Shown piece by piece: positions 8,968 through 18,823 of a DNA stretch of 47,532 bases. The notes beneath the pieces were generated by a model that had not been told where the DNA came from, made no database searches, and was given only the letters and a program-made list of their open reading frames with translations. The stretch lies in the sequence record SRR20825006_287; one strand, given 5' to 3'. Position 1 is the stretch's first letter; each line of letters opens with the position of its first letter. A program made the position numbers and the translations under genes.

Positions 8968-10317
8968 TCAGCGAACGATGACCAAGACTTCGGTGATGAA
9001 ATCATTGCCGGTACTGGCGGCTTCGGGTGAACCCAGTGCGAAATCGATTCGATTGGTGAACGATTCGGCTTCGACGGGCATGAAATCCCGGTTACTCAAC
9101 GCCATGCCGAGTCGTTGCAACGAACGCCTGTCTTTGGCGTTCAAGTCATATGCGACGGCACTCGAAGGAGCCGCGTCTTCATCCTGTTGCCAAGCGATAC
9201 CGGAGACCGCATTGCCCATCGCCATCGACATACCGACGGATTCGATCGAGTCTTCGTCGGCGAGGAGTTCGAGGAACAAGCGATCCAATTGTTTCGCCGG
9301 ACCTCTTAGCAACAGAATTTGATAACGAGTGTTTTCGTCGAGGGTGACGGATTCACGCGTCGCTTCGATCAAATTTTCACTGACGAGCTGTTTGCTCGAC
9401 GCTGCCAAACCGGCCGTCATCATCGCCTTGCGAACAGGATCACTGTCCAATGCAAAGTGATTGCGGGCAGCAGGATCACGGACCTCTGGTTTCAGTTGAA
9501 CGTCATAGATCAACACCGCACCGGAGAGCGATTGAACTTCACTGTTGTTGCCAGCAGCAACGGTCGCCGACATATCAACGGAAGCAGCGTTAAGCTGGGG
9601 AGTGGTTTCAGTATTCGTTGCCGAAGCAATGGAGTTTAGCTCCGGGCTGTTCGGTCCGTTGGTGGCGGATCCCGCCGGATCAGTGACCGAATTCATCGCC
9701 GATGATGTGTCTTCAGCGAGCATGTTGCCAACGGGCAAATCGCCAGCCGATTGATTCGTCGGGTCATCGTTTGCCGCGATGGTTTCCACGGCGGGAGCAC
9801 GCTCCGAATCCAACTGATCGACCGAGTCAATTTCAACATTGGCTGGATCGGCCTGCGCGACCACGGTGGAGGGATCGCCAATCGGATTGTTCGGATCGGT
9901 ATCGATCAAACGGTTTTGCAGTGAGGCAACCAACAAACCCGCCGCGGCCAAGCCGGCGATCGCAGCCACCCAAGTTCGTCGAGCATTGCGACTGGATTGA
10001 GGAATCACCGATTCGACAGGGACCGAAATCGGAAGCTTTCGCAGCGGGTGATCGGACGACAGATCATCGTCGATGGCTCGTTGTTGTGCTGCAGCGACAA
10101 CGCGGGATGCAAAATCGGATGGCAAGCTCGATGAGGTGCTTGTGCTTTGGTGCAACGACCGCAACATTTGACGGTCGAATTCCGCATCGCTGAGTCGCTG
10201 GGCTAAGTCAGCGTCCATGCGCAACTGCTCGGCGAGCCATTGCGATTGATCATTGCTCAAACGACCATCCAAATGGTCGCTGATCAGCTGATCGATCTGT
10301 TCAGGTTTTAGAGACAT
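8968..10317 (-). CDS. Single-pass membrane anti-sigma-factor-like protein
   Basis: N-terminal DQLISDHLDGRLS...LAQRL helical anti-sigma-like domain, TM WVAAIAGLAAAGLLVASL, long acidic linker, C-terminal globular domain. Start at ATG 10317 (MSLKPEQ). Confidence 0.7.
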   Translation of the reverse strand: MSLKPEQIDQLISDHLDGRLSNDQSQWLAEQLRMDADLAQRLSDAEFDRQMLRSLHQSTSTSSSLPSDFASRVVAAAQQRAIDDDLSSDHPLRKLPISVPVESVIPQSSRNARRTWVAAIAGLAAAGLLVASLQNRLIDTDPNNPIGDPSTVVAQADPANVEIDSVDQLDSERAPAVETIAANDDPTNQSAGDLPVGNMLAEDTSSAMNSVTDPAGSATNGPNSPELNSIASATNTETTPQLNAASVDMSATVAAGNNSEVQSLSGAVLIYDVQLKPEVRDPAARNHFALDSDPVRKAMMTAGLAASSKQLVSENLIEATRESVTLDENTRYQILLLRGPAKQLDRLFLELLADEDSIESVGMSMAMGNAVSGIAWQQDEDAAPSSAVAYDLNAKDRRSLQRLGMALSNRDFMPVEAESFTNRIDFALGSPEAASTGNDFITEVLVIVR

Positions 10318-10555
10318 GATGCTGTTCTTTTGCAGCGAAAGCGAGGTTTGAAACGTATCGAACCAACGCGACGCGTCCATGCGTAGGGGTACAGTGTGAA
10401 CAAGCCGGCCGCCAGAGCGGTGCATCGGGTTGTCAAGGTGTCAGATGGCGGATGAACTCACAAAGTTCCCAAATTAGCTAGAAATCGTTCCGTCTGGGGT
10501 ACCCACCATCGATCGCGAGACCATTTTAGGGGCCAATCGCAAGGCTTATCAGCGG

Positions 10556-11377
10556 ATGACGGCCGCCGGATCTCCGCTGTGCCAAATCGTTTCGGACGAG
10601 GAATTGGCCAATCCATTGCAGACTGTCGACGCCGCTGGTTGGCTGGGCGGGGACATTTCTGGGAAAAAAGTTCTGTGTCTTGCCGCCGGTGGGGGGCGGC
10701 AAAGCTGTTTGTACGCGGCCGCTGGAGCCCTTGTCACGGTGGTGGATCTCTCTCCTGCCATGCTGGAACAGGACCGCATTGCGGCTCGCCAGCGGGGTCA
10801 CCAGGTCGAATTGATCGAAGGATCGATGGATGATTTGTCGATGTTGCCCGCGGCGGGTTTTGACATCGTGATCCATCCCGTCAGCACGTGTTATGTGCCC
10901 TCAGTCGTGGTCGTTTACGCCCAAGTCGCGCGGGTGATTCGAGGTGGCGGCATTTATATCAGTCAGCATAAGTCGCCGGTGAGCTTGCAAACGTCGACCC
11001 AGCCGCGTGCTGCGGTGAACGGTTCGCCCCGATACACGGTGGAACATGCGTACTACCGAAACGGTTCCTCGTCAAAGTCGGGGCCGAACACTCCCGTTCC
11101 TCCGCCTGCCGCCAATCCGGTAGCCGCTCGATTAAGAGAACCCGGTGCCGTGGAATTTTTGCACCGATGGGAAGAATTGATTGGCGGAATGTGCCGTTCC
11201 GGATTTGTGATCGAGGAGTTGGCCGAGCCAATGCATGCGAAACGAGACGCCGAACCGGGCAGCTTCGCCGAGCGAGCTCGTTTCATCCCGCCTTATGTTC
11301 GGATCAAAGCCCGTCGACGAAACGATCAGACGGCAACCGCCACGACGACTCAGCGACTTTGGATTCCCGAAAACTGA
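10556..11377 (+). CDS. Class I SAM-dependent methyltransferase
   Basis: VLCLAAGGGRQ motif I, VTVVDLS, FDIVIHPVSTCY, RVIRGGG. Start uncertain (see findings). Confidence 0.88.
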   Translation: MTAAGSPLCQIVSDEELANPLQTVDAAGWLGGDISGKKVLCLAAGGGRQSCLYAAAGALVTVVDLSPAMLEQDRIAARQRGHQVELIEGSMDDLSMLPAAGFDIVIHPVSTCYVPSVVVVYAQVARVIRGGGIYISQHKSPVSLQTSTQPRAAVNGSPRYTVEHAYYRNGSSSKSGPNTPVPPPAANPVAARLREPGAVEFLHRWEELIGGMCRSGFVIEELAEPMHAKRDAEPGSFAERARFIPPYVRIKARRRNDQTATATTTQRLWIPEN

Positions 11378-11517
11378 TCTAGCCGAGTCGCCACGGCAAT
11401 TGATAGTTCCAAAGCATCCGCTTCACGCGCGGTGCCTCAACTTCGATCACTCAGTTCGACTCGCCGGTGCCAGCGTGAGATCCATGACCGCAATCGGAAA
11501 CCACCGAGTTTCACGCT

Positions 11518-12054
11518 TTGGCAAATCACATTCAACCGTATCGTTCACACGCGAAAGCTGTTGCTGGTCCGTGTTGCAATGTGGCTGGCACCAGCCCGAA
11601 GTGGTCTCTTGCGAGTCTGAAGCAGCTCGCTGGTTTGAAACGACATGGTGCGTTGCTATTGATCTTGATGGCGATGTCGGTTGTCAGCACCGGCTGCGTG
11701 CGTCGCCGAATGACAGTGCGTACCAGCCCACCGGGCGCAACGGTCTCGATCGACAACCAATTGGTCGGAACCTCTCCAGCCTCCACTGATTTCATTTACT
11801 ATGGTACGCGTGAGGTTCGTGTAGAACGCGAGGGCTATCGTACGGAAGTCGTGCTTCGGAAAATGAAGCCACCGTGGTATCAACTGCCGGTATTGGACTT
11901 CGTGAGCGAAACGCTTTGGCCAGGTGAAATTCGCGATGAGCGGATCATCGATATTGAATTGGTGCCTCAAGTGATCGAACCCTCCGAGGATGTCCTGAAT
12001 CGTGCCGAAGCCCTCCGCAATCAATCGCGAAGTGGCATCATCCCTGCAGGCTGA
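11518..12054 (+). CDS. PEGA-domain lipoprotein
   Basis: Lipobox STG-C followed by VRTSPPGATVSID..VGTSP...VEREGY (PEGA pattern). True start probably downstream of 11518. Confidence 0.8.
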   Translation: MANHIQPYRSHAKAVAGPCCNVAGTSPKWSLASLKQLAGLKRHGALLLILMAMSVVSTGCVRRRMTVRTSPPGATVSIDNQLVGTSPASTDFIYYGTREVRVEREGYRTEVVLRKMKPPWYQLPVLDFVSETLWPGEIRDERIIDIELVPQVIEPSEDVLNRAEALRNQSRSGIIPAG

Positions 12055-12073
12055 TTCGACCGATCCTCCGTGG

Positions 12074-14506
12074 ATGAAGTGGGGCGGGCTTTTCATCGGT
12101 CCGCTTTGCATCGTGGTTCTGATGGCCACGGTTTGGACGGGCCGCGACCGTCTCGCTTTTCGCGACGTCAGCCATTTCTACACGCCGCTGTACCAGTACG
12201 TTGGCGAGCGATGTGCCGAGCGACCACTGACGTATTTCTGGTCCGCGATGTGGAACCCACTGGACCAAACGGGAATGCCGTTGGCCGGCGAGACAACGAC
12301 CGCTGTCTACTATCCAGTTCGGCATTTGGTTTATCTGTTGGCGTCGTTGGTAGACCAGTCACCCGCCGAATTCGCATCGCCAAATGAATTGCCTGATGAT
12401 GCTTCGTTGGCACTGGCTTGGTATGTGACGTTGCATTTGGTGTTGGCCTCGTTTGCAGCCTACTGGGCCGCTCGGCGGGTCGGATCGCAATCGGCGTTTT
12501 CCGTCATCGCCTCGCTGGCCTACCCCATGTCCGGCAGCGTTTTGTTTCTTACGACCAACCCACCTTTCTTGGTCGGAGCAGCATGGTTGCCGTTTGCGCT
12601 GCTGCCCTTGGTTCATGCAAAGGAGCACGGTTGGAAGCTGCCGTCGTTTGCATTGGCCATGATGGTTTTGGGCGGTGATCCACAAACAGCACTTCATGTC
12701 GGAATCATTGCCGGACTTTGGTTGATCATCGACGTGATTCGACATTCGCGTGATCGCAGTGACGGGCAATCCTTTTGGTTGCGTCTGCTTCGCATGATGG
12801 GCATCGCGGCCATGGCTGCTGTGCTAGCGACACCACAGATTGTCGCGTCGGTGAATTGGGCCAGCCACAGTGGTCGTGTTTGGTCAAAACTGGATGCATC
12901 GCAATCGTTCGCTTTTTCGGTCGCGCCGTGGCGATGGTTGGAGTTGGCGATACCATCCTTGTTTGGTTCGCCATGGCCGGTGAACCATCGTTGGGATCGT
13001 CCGGTGTTTGCTGGTGGAACGGTCAGTCCCATCGATGCGTTGTGGACGCCCAGTCTGTACATCGGCATATCGACGTTGGTCCTGGTCACGATTGGATTGC
13101 TCGGAAGATACCGCGGCCGCGTTCACGGCACCGGTTTGTGGTGTTACGTGTTGCTAGCATCCGGATTCGCGGCGATGGGTTGGTACGGACCATGGCACGC
13201 GCCGTATCAATGGCTGGTTGATTGGGTGCCGGGTTACGATGCGTTTCGCTACCCGGCGAAGTGGTTGCCTTTGGTCGCATTCGCTTTGGCGATGCTGGCT
13301 GCACAGGGTGGACAATGTCTCTTCAATGGATGGATTCGCGAATCGTCCCATTCAAACGAGTTTTCGAACGGCCTGCTGACAAAACGCCGAGCAGTTTGGA
13401 TCTGGCTTTTCTTAACGCTGGGATTGGTCCTTTCCAGCATCGCGGTGTGGTTCGCGATGGCATCCATGAAGTCAGCGCCGGTTGATGTGGTATGGGGACC
13501 GTTTCAATCGGAGACCGCTTGGTATGGATGGTTGATTGGTACCGCTCATGTTTGGATTCTTAGCACGATCATTCTCTCGATGAGCGTCGCATGGAAACGT
13601 TCGCTGAATCGGCAAAAGCTGGCTTGGGCATGGGTCGCTCTGATCGCGAGTGACTTGATGATTGCTCATTGGAATTTGGTTCCGACCATCAACCGGAATG
13701 CTGAACGTGCCGCCTGGCACGAACTCAATCATTCCGAATCCGCCACACTCGAAGCAACTCGCTGGATTCGAACAGCGGGTGAAGGTGAATATCCCGCGAA
13801 GTGGGCGACCACGTCAGATCGGCAACGATTGTTGGCCATGGAAGTTCATGATCGTCGCCGATGGTATGGACGTTGGCATATGGTCCAGGACGAAGCGGTA
13901 TTCAACAGCGTCGTCTCGATCAGACCTTGGGCGATCGATCAGTTTTGGGATGCGACCGGCCAGCAGTCCACACCGATCAATTGGCAACAAACGGCGTCAT
14001 GGTTGGGCGTTGGAGGATCGCGAACGTCGAATGGGCAGAGCCACGTTTGGCCGACTCGAGATTTGCGATTTCATCGTCACGATCAAGTGGTGACGAAGGG
14101 CGAGATTCCTTGGCCAACGCGAATCGAGATGGCTTCGGATTCAGGAGACCAAGTTGATGTGATCGCGGTTGGCTCGACCGCCGTTTCGGAAGGAAGGTTA
14201 GACGACACCTTTGTATCTCGACGAATTTACCAGGACGGTGGCTGGCGAGCGGAGTTATGGTCGCAAGACACCGCGGTCGAACCAGTTCCGTTGACGGTGT
14301 TTTCTGCCGACGGTGTGGCGCAAGGCGTGTGGTGTCCGCCCGGTACTTGGACAATCCGTTGGATCTATCAACCCCGGGGGCACAGGGGTGCGGTGATCGT
14401 CTGGATTTGCGGATGGTTGATGTTGCTAGTGGCCTCAATTTGGTCAGTCACGCGAGCGAAGCATGGGCCATTCAACCGGGTCCGAGAATCGGAACGAGCC
14501 AAGTGA
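12074..14506 (+). CDS. Polytopic membrane protein, YfhO-like (probable GT-C glycosyltransferase)
   Basis: FRDVSHFYTP, WNPLDQTGMP, many TM helices, FRYPAKW, C-terminal YQDGGWRA...GVWCPPG..IRWIYQP plus final TM. Start at ATG 12074. Confidence 0.72.
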   Translation: MKWGGLFIGPLCIVVLMATVWTGRDRLAFRDVSHFYTPLYQYVGERCAERPLTYFWSAMWNPLDQTGMPLAGETTTAVYYPVRHLVYLLASLVDQSPAEFASPNELPDDASLALAWYVTLHLVLASFAAYWAARRVGSQSAFSVIASLAYPMSGSVLFLTTNPPFLVGAAWLPFALLPLVHAKEHGWKLPSFALAMMVLGGDPQTALHVGIIAGLWLIIDVIRHSRDRSDGQSFWLRLLRMMGIAAMAAVLATPQIVASVNWASHSGRVWSKLDASQSFAFSVAPWRWLELAIPSLFGSPWPVNHRWDRPVFAGGTVSPIDALWTPSLYIGISTLVLVTIGLLGRYRGRVHGTGLWCYVLLASGFAAMGWYGPWHAPYQWLVDWVPGYDAFRYPAKWLPLVAFALAMLAAQGGQCLFNGWIRESSHSNEFSNGLLTKRRAVWIWLFLTLGLVLSSIAVWFAMASMKSAPVDVVWGPFQSETAWYGWLIGTAHVWILSTIILSMSVAWKRSLNRQKLAWAWVALIASDLMIAHWNLVPTINRNAERAAWHELNHSESATLEATRWIRTAGEGEYPAKWATTSDRQRLLAMEVHDRRRWYGRWHMVQDEAVFNSVVSIRPWAIDQFWDATGQQSTPINWQQTASWLGVGGSRTSNGQSHVWPTRDLRFHRHDQVVTKGEIPWPTRIEMASDSGDQVDVIAVGSTAVSEGRLDDTFVSRRIYQDGGWRAELWSQDTAVEPVPLTVFSADGVAQGVWCPPGTWTIRWIYQPRGHRGAVIVWICGWLMLLVASIWSVTRAKHGPFNRVRESERAK

Positions 14507-14523
14507 TTGACCCTACCAGTGGT

Positions 14524-15843
14524 CTATTCCTCGTCGAAGAACAATTCGTCCGCTGGATTCCAGCGAATGTTTTTCATCGCATCGATTGAAAGTCGGCCCT
14601 GGTTGCGTTGAGGGTCGCAAGTCGGCTGAACCACTTCGTTTGGGTTTTCCTGCATGTCAAATCGTTCGCCATCGGAAAGTTGCAACACGGGGCATGCATA
14701 GCCTTCAACCGGTCGGCGAATCACGTCCGCCCATTTTCCGTTTGCCAGTTCGACTCGACTTCCCAGAGGAAACAACGACTTAGTGCGCAACAATGCATGA
14801 ATGACCTGAGGGTCAAAGCTTCCATAGCGAGCTTGATGCAGAATGAAACCCAACGCATCGTGTGGCACCAACGCTTTTCGAAAACCCGTTCCGAGTGTCA
14901 AACGAAGATAGGTATCGCAAACGTTGAGAATGCGAGCGTAGATATGAATCCGTTTACCTTCCAAGCCAAACGGATAACCTTCACCGTTGTATTGTTCGTG
15001 GACTTGTTCGATCGCCAACAGAACCGAGTGAGGGATGTCAGAAACTTCGCGAAGACTGTTCGCTGAGATGACCGGGTGTTTGCGATACTCCCATGTTTCC
15101 TCTTCCGAAAACGCACCACGTCCAGGGACGCTGTATGCGGGATCCATGGAATACAAACCGATGTCATGAAGCAAACCGGCCATGCCGATTTCCAACACCG
15201 AGGGACCGTCCAAATCAAGTTCGGTTCCAATGGCCATGCCCAACACACCCAGCTTCACGCTGCGGTCGGTCAGTGACATTTCGGTGTTGCAGGCGACGAC
15301 TTCGCCGATCGTTTGATCGTGGTCGTCCACCATCGCGGAAGCGAATGCACCGGATAAATCCGACAACGCTTCGACGGTTTGCATCTTGCGTTCGGTCAGA
15401 GCCAAACGGATCTCTTCGAACTTACTGCGAGCCATTTTGACGTGGCCTTGCAATGTCCGGCGTCGTGTAAGGTCGATGGGTTCGTGATGACGATTGACCA
15501 AAGCGTCTTTCAATGGCACTCCCTTGATCCATTTGGTTGGATCGCGTCCGGGAGCATGCGACGCTTCTTTTTCTCGTGTGCTTTTAGGCTTCGCTTTGGC
15601 CGCGCCCGATTTGCCGCGGTTGCTCAGTACGTCGGCTTCTTCAGCATTGACGGTCAGTTCTTCGATTCCGCGTTCTCGCAGACCATCGATGACTTCATTG
15701 GTGATGCGCGTACCAGTGCCGAGTAGCAATCGGCCCATTTCGTCTTCGATCGGTGTACGACAAATCGCACCGACCTGAAGATCGTCGACGGGAACAAGAA
15801 CAGTGTTCGTACTGTTGTTCGCGTTAGAGGTAGTTGAAATCAT
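14524..15843 (-). CDS. HD-GYP domain protein (c-di-GMP phosphodiesterase family, partly degenerate)
   Basis: GLLHDIG, KHP, HEQYNGEGYPFGL, ARILNVCD, FDP. N-terminal VDDLQVG..LLLG segment typical of HD-GYP N-domains. Confidence 0.88.
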   Translation of the reverse strand: MISTTSNANNSTNTVLVPVDDLQVGAICRTPIEDEMGRLLLGTGTRITNEVIDGLRERGIEELTVNAEEADVLSNRGKSGAAKAKPKSTREKEASHAPGRDPTKWIKGVPLKDALVNRHHEPIDLTRRRTLQGHVKMARSKFEEIRLALTERKMQTVEALSDLSGAFASAMVDDHDQTIGEVVACNTEMSLTDRSVKLGVLGMAIGTELDLDGPSVLEIGMAGLLHDIGLYSMDPAYSVPGRGAFSEEETWEYRKHPVISANSLREVSDIPHSVLLAIEQVHEQYNGEGYPFGLEGKRIHIYARILNVCDTYLRLTLGTGFRKALVPHDALGFILHQARYGSFDPQVIHALLRTKSLFPLGSRVELANGKWADVIRRPVEGYACPVLQLSDGERFDMQENPNEVVQPTCDPQRNQGRLSIDAMKNIRWNPADELFFDEE

Positions 15844-15985
15844 ATTGTGCCCAGTTCATTTTTTGCTCCGGCGTGGAGTACGATCGAACGAGTCCAAATT
15901 CAATGCTGCCCGTGCATGCGGCCCCACCCGATACTCCAAATCTAGGTTTCAAAGTGAGCTTAGGCCGGAGTCTTCCGCGAATTTT

Positions 15986-17260
15986 ATGAAACACTCCTTG
16001 AGCCCGTCCGTTGATTTGGCCGTCGTTGGCGGGGGAATTGTCGGCCTCGCCACCGCGATGACCTGGTTGCAAACCCGTCCTGGTCAGCGCGTGACGGTGC
16101 TAGAAACGGAGTCTCGAGTCGGCCAACACCAGAGCGGTCACAACTCCGGCGTCATCCATTCGGGCATTTACTATCAGCCCGGAAGTGAGAAAGCTTTGTT
16201 GTGCCGGGAGGGCAAAAGCAAACTCGAGGCATTCTGCGATGAGCACAGGATTCGCTGGGAAAAATGCGGAAAAGTCGTCGTTGCAACAGACCGTAGCGAA
16301 CAGAGTTCATTGGAAAGAATCATTGATCGAGCGGGACGCAACGGAGTTGAATTTCGACGAATCACAACGGACGAACTACGGAAACTTGAGCCTGCTGTTG
16401 CGGGTGTTGATGTGATCGTGGTTCCCGAAACAGGCATCGTGGATTACCGGTCGGTTTGCAACGCTTATCGGCATCGCATCGAAGAAATGGGTGGGAGCGT
16501 CCAGTTGGGTTTTCAGGTTCAACGATTGGATGCGGATGACACAGGCGTTCGTTTGGCGGGTGTTGATCACAATCAATCAGTTGGGAAGTTCGATATCCGA
16601 GCTCGTTCGGCAATTGTTTGCGCGGGGCTGCACAGCGACGCGTTGGTTCGGCAGGGTGACTCCGTTGCCTCCGATTCAGATTCCGCGAATACATCGTCTG
16701 AGGAAGTCCGAATCATTCCTTTTCGGGGCGAATATTATGAGCTACGGCCCGAACGGCGCGGTTTGTGTCGAAATCTGATCTACCCGGTTCCCGATCCCGC
16801 GTTCCCATTCCTTGGAGTGCATTTCACTCGGATGATCGATGGAAACGTTGAGTGTGGTCCCAATGCGGTGCTGGCTCTCGCCCGTGAAGGTTACCGATGG
16901 CGTGACATCGATGTTCGATATCTGCAACGAACATTGGGGTACAGCGGTTTTCGTCGGTTGATTCAGAAGCATTGGCGGAAAGGCCTCGGCGAAATGAATC
17001 GTTCGCTACGAAAGTCCGCTTTCGTGATCGCACTTCAGAAGCTCATCCCTGAACTGCGTGCCTCGGATTTGATTCCCGCCCGAGCCGGAGTTCGGGCTCA
17101 AGCGGTGCGAGCCAACGGTGAAGTGGTCGATGACTTCTTGTTCCGATCAACGCCCAAAGTCACTCACGTGTTGAACGCACCCAGCCCCGCGGCAACGGCG
17201 TCGCTGGCGATTGCACGGCGGGTCATCGAACAGCATCAGAACCAAAACCCTAATTCCTAA
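15986..17260 (+). CDS. lhgO: L-2-hydroxyglutarate oxidase/dehydrogenase
   Basis: VVGGGIVGLATA, HQSGHNSGVIHSGIYYQPGS, IIPFRGEYY, LIYPVPDPAFPFLGVHFTR, GPNAV, AGVRAQA, NAPSPAATASL. Start at ATG 15986. Confidence 0.92.
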   Translation: MKHSLSPSVDLAVVGGGIVGLATAMTWLQTRPGQRVTVLETESRVGQHQSGHNSGVIHSGIYYQPGSEKALLCREGKSKLEAFCDEHRIRWEKCGKVVVATDRSEQSSLERIIDRAGRNGVEFRRITTDELRKLEPAVAGVDVIVVPETGIVDYRSVCNAYRHRIEEMGGSVQLGFQVQRLDADDTGVRLAGVDHNQSVGKFDIRARSAIVCAGLHSDALVRQGDSVASDSDSANTSSEEVRIIPFRGEYYELRPERRGLCRNLIYPVPDPAFPFLGVHFTRMIDGNVECGPNAVLALAREGYRWRDIDVRYLQRTLGYSGFRRLIQKHWRKGLGEMNRSLRKSAFVIALQKLIPELRASDLIPARAGVRAQAVRANGEVVDDFLFRSTPKVTHVLNAPSPAATASLAIARRVIEQHQNQNPNS

Positions 17261-17284
17261 AACATCGGTTTTGATCGCGGTTGT

Positions 17285-18391
17285 TCAAACGCTGCGGTAG
17301 GTCGGTTCTGGACGACCGGGACGGAAGCTGTCCAGCTGGGTCGTTTCGGTATTGGCGTTCAGTCGAGTAGCCAGCAATTCAATGACTTGCTCAACCTCTT
17401 GAGTCAACGATTCCGGCGCCAGGCGAACTCGAGCGTTGATGATCGCTTTTGCTGTTGGAGTGTTTGTGCCAGAAGCAATCGACAAAACAGTTTGCGAATC
17501 GCTGTCGATCAAGTTTGCCACGCTGACCGGTTCACTATCCGTTGCGTTGGCACTGCAGAGCACCTTCAAGTGTCCCGGTTCGGCACCCAGTGACAGCAAA
17601 CGTTGTCGCAATTCATCGACCAATCCCAAGCTGAGTTCATCGAGTGCAAATGAATTGTCGCTTTTAAAATTCACCGTTGCGTTGAGCCAACCGAGTTCGG
17701 CTTCGCCGTCGGCATACACGTCATAATCCACTTCCATCATTGAATCACGAGGTGCCGCGTTGCCTTGAAAGGCTTCGTACAAGACATCCAAATTCTCGCC
17801 GGTCTTGGCTGACAACGGGATGACTTTGCGACCTGGGTACTGCTCGTTCAATTGTTCCTTGAGCGATTGCACGTCTTCCTCAGACAATTCATCGATGCGG
17901 TTGAGCAGGATGATCTCGGACTCTTCGAGTTGCTTGCGAAAGATGTATTCGGCTTTCTCGGAAAATCCTCCGCCAACACCCGAAAGAATCTTCTTTCCAT
18001 GATTGGGTTTGAGAACCACGGCATAGGGACGATGCACAAACTTTTCGCCCAGACGTTCCATCATTGGGACCGCGATGGTTGCGATCAAGTCAGTGCAGCT
18101 TCCAACCGGTTCTGCGAGAACCACATCGGGGCGTTGTCGATTTTCGAATTCTTCCATTGCATCGGTCAAACCATCGAAGTTGCAACAGAAACAAGATCCG
18201 GCAACTTCGTTGACTTCCAACCCTTGGCTTTTGAGCAATTGCGTGTCGACCAAACCGGCAGCTTGATCGTTCGTCACAATGCAAACGTGCTTTCCTTCGG
18301 CTTGCAACTGTTTCGCCAGTCGTGCGATGAGCGTGGTTTTGCCGGCTCCCAAAAAACCGCCGATCATGATGAATTCAATGGGCTGGGGCAT
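17285..18391 (-). CDS. G3E-family (CobW/HypB/UreG-like) P-loop GTPase, putative metallochaperone
   Basis: GGFLGAGKTT, VTNDQ, GSCFCC metal motif, EPVGSC Walker-B region, LNRID, LSAKTGE. Confidence 0.88.
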   Translation of the reverse strand: MPQPIEFIMIGGFLGAGKTTLIARLAKQLQAEGKHVCIVTNDQAAGLVDTQLLKSQGLEVNEVAGSCFCCNFDGLTDAMEEFENRQRPDVVLAEPVGSCTDLIATIAVPMMERLGEKFVHRPYAVVLKPNHGKKILSGVGGGFSEKAEYIFRKQLEESEIILLNRIDELSEEDVQSLKEQLNEQYPGRKVIPLSAKTGENLDVLYEAFQGNAAPRDSMMEVDYDVYADGEAELGWLNATVNFKSDNSFALDELSLGLVDELRQRLLSLGAEPGHLKVLCSANATDSEPVSVANLIDSDSQTVLSIASGTNTPTAKAIINARVRLAPESLTQEVEQVIELLATRLNANTETTQLDSFRPGRPEPTYRSV

Positions 18392-18487
18392 CGGTGAGTC
18401 TCAACGGTTGAAGATGAACAGAAACCACGTCGGAACGCCGGTAGCGGCGAATACCATGACTCAGACATTCTGACGAACGTTAGAACG

Positions 18488-18817
18488 TCAGTCAATCATC
18501 GGGCCCATGTCGAGTTTGCAGCAACCGAGGTTCAATGCGGTTTGTTTCGACTTCCCACGACTGGGCAGCATGCCTTCTTTCAGCGAGTAATAGATGAACT
18601 TCCCTTCCCGCTGGGTCTGCACCAAATCGGCGTGAAAGAGGACTCGCAAGTGGTGCGAGACGGTGCCGATTTCTTGTTCCACCAAGATGGCCAGGTCGGA
18701 AACACTCAGCGGGCCGCTTTGCAAAGCACGCACGATTTGCAGACGCAACGGGTCGCCGAGTGCCTTCAAGTAGCCCGCACACTGCATCTCATTCGGTTCG
18801 GGTGGTGGAGTGGTCAT
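18488..18817 (-). CDS. ArsR/SmtB family transcriptional regulator
   Basis: LKALGDPLRLQIV...LSVSDLA...VSHHLRVL...REGKFIYYSL winged HTH; C-terminal LGCC. Confidence 0.92.
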   Translation of the reverse strand: MTTPPPEPNEMQCAGYLKALGDPLRLQIVRALQSGPLSVSDLAILVEQEIGTVSHHLRVLFHADLVQTQREGKFIYYSLKEGMLPSRGKSKQTALNLGCCKLDMGPMID

Positions 18818-18823
18818 GGACGA

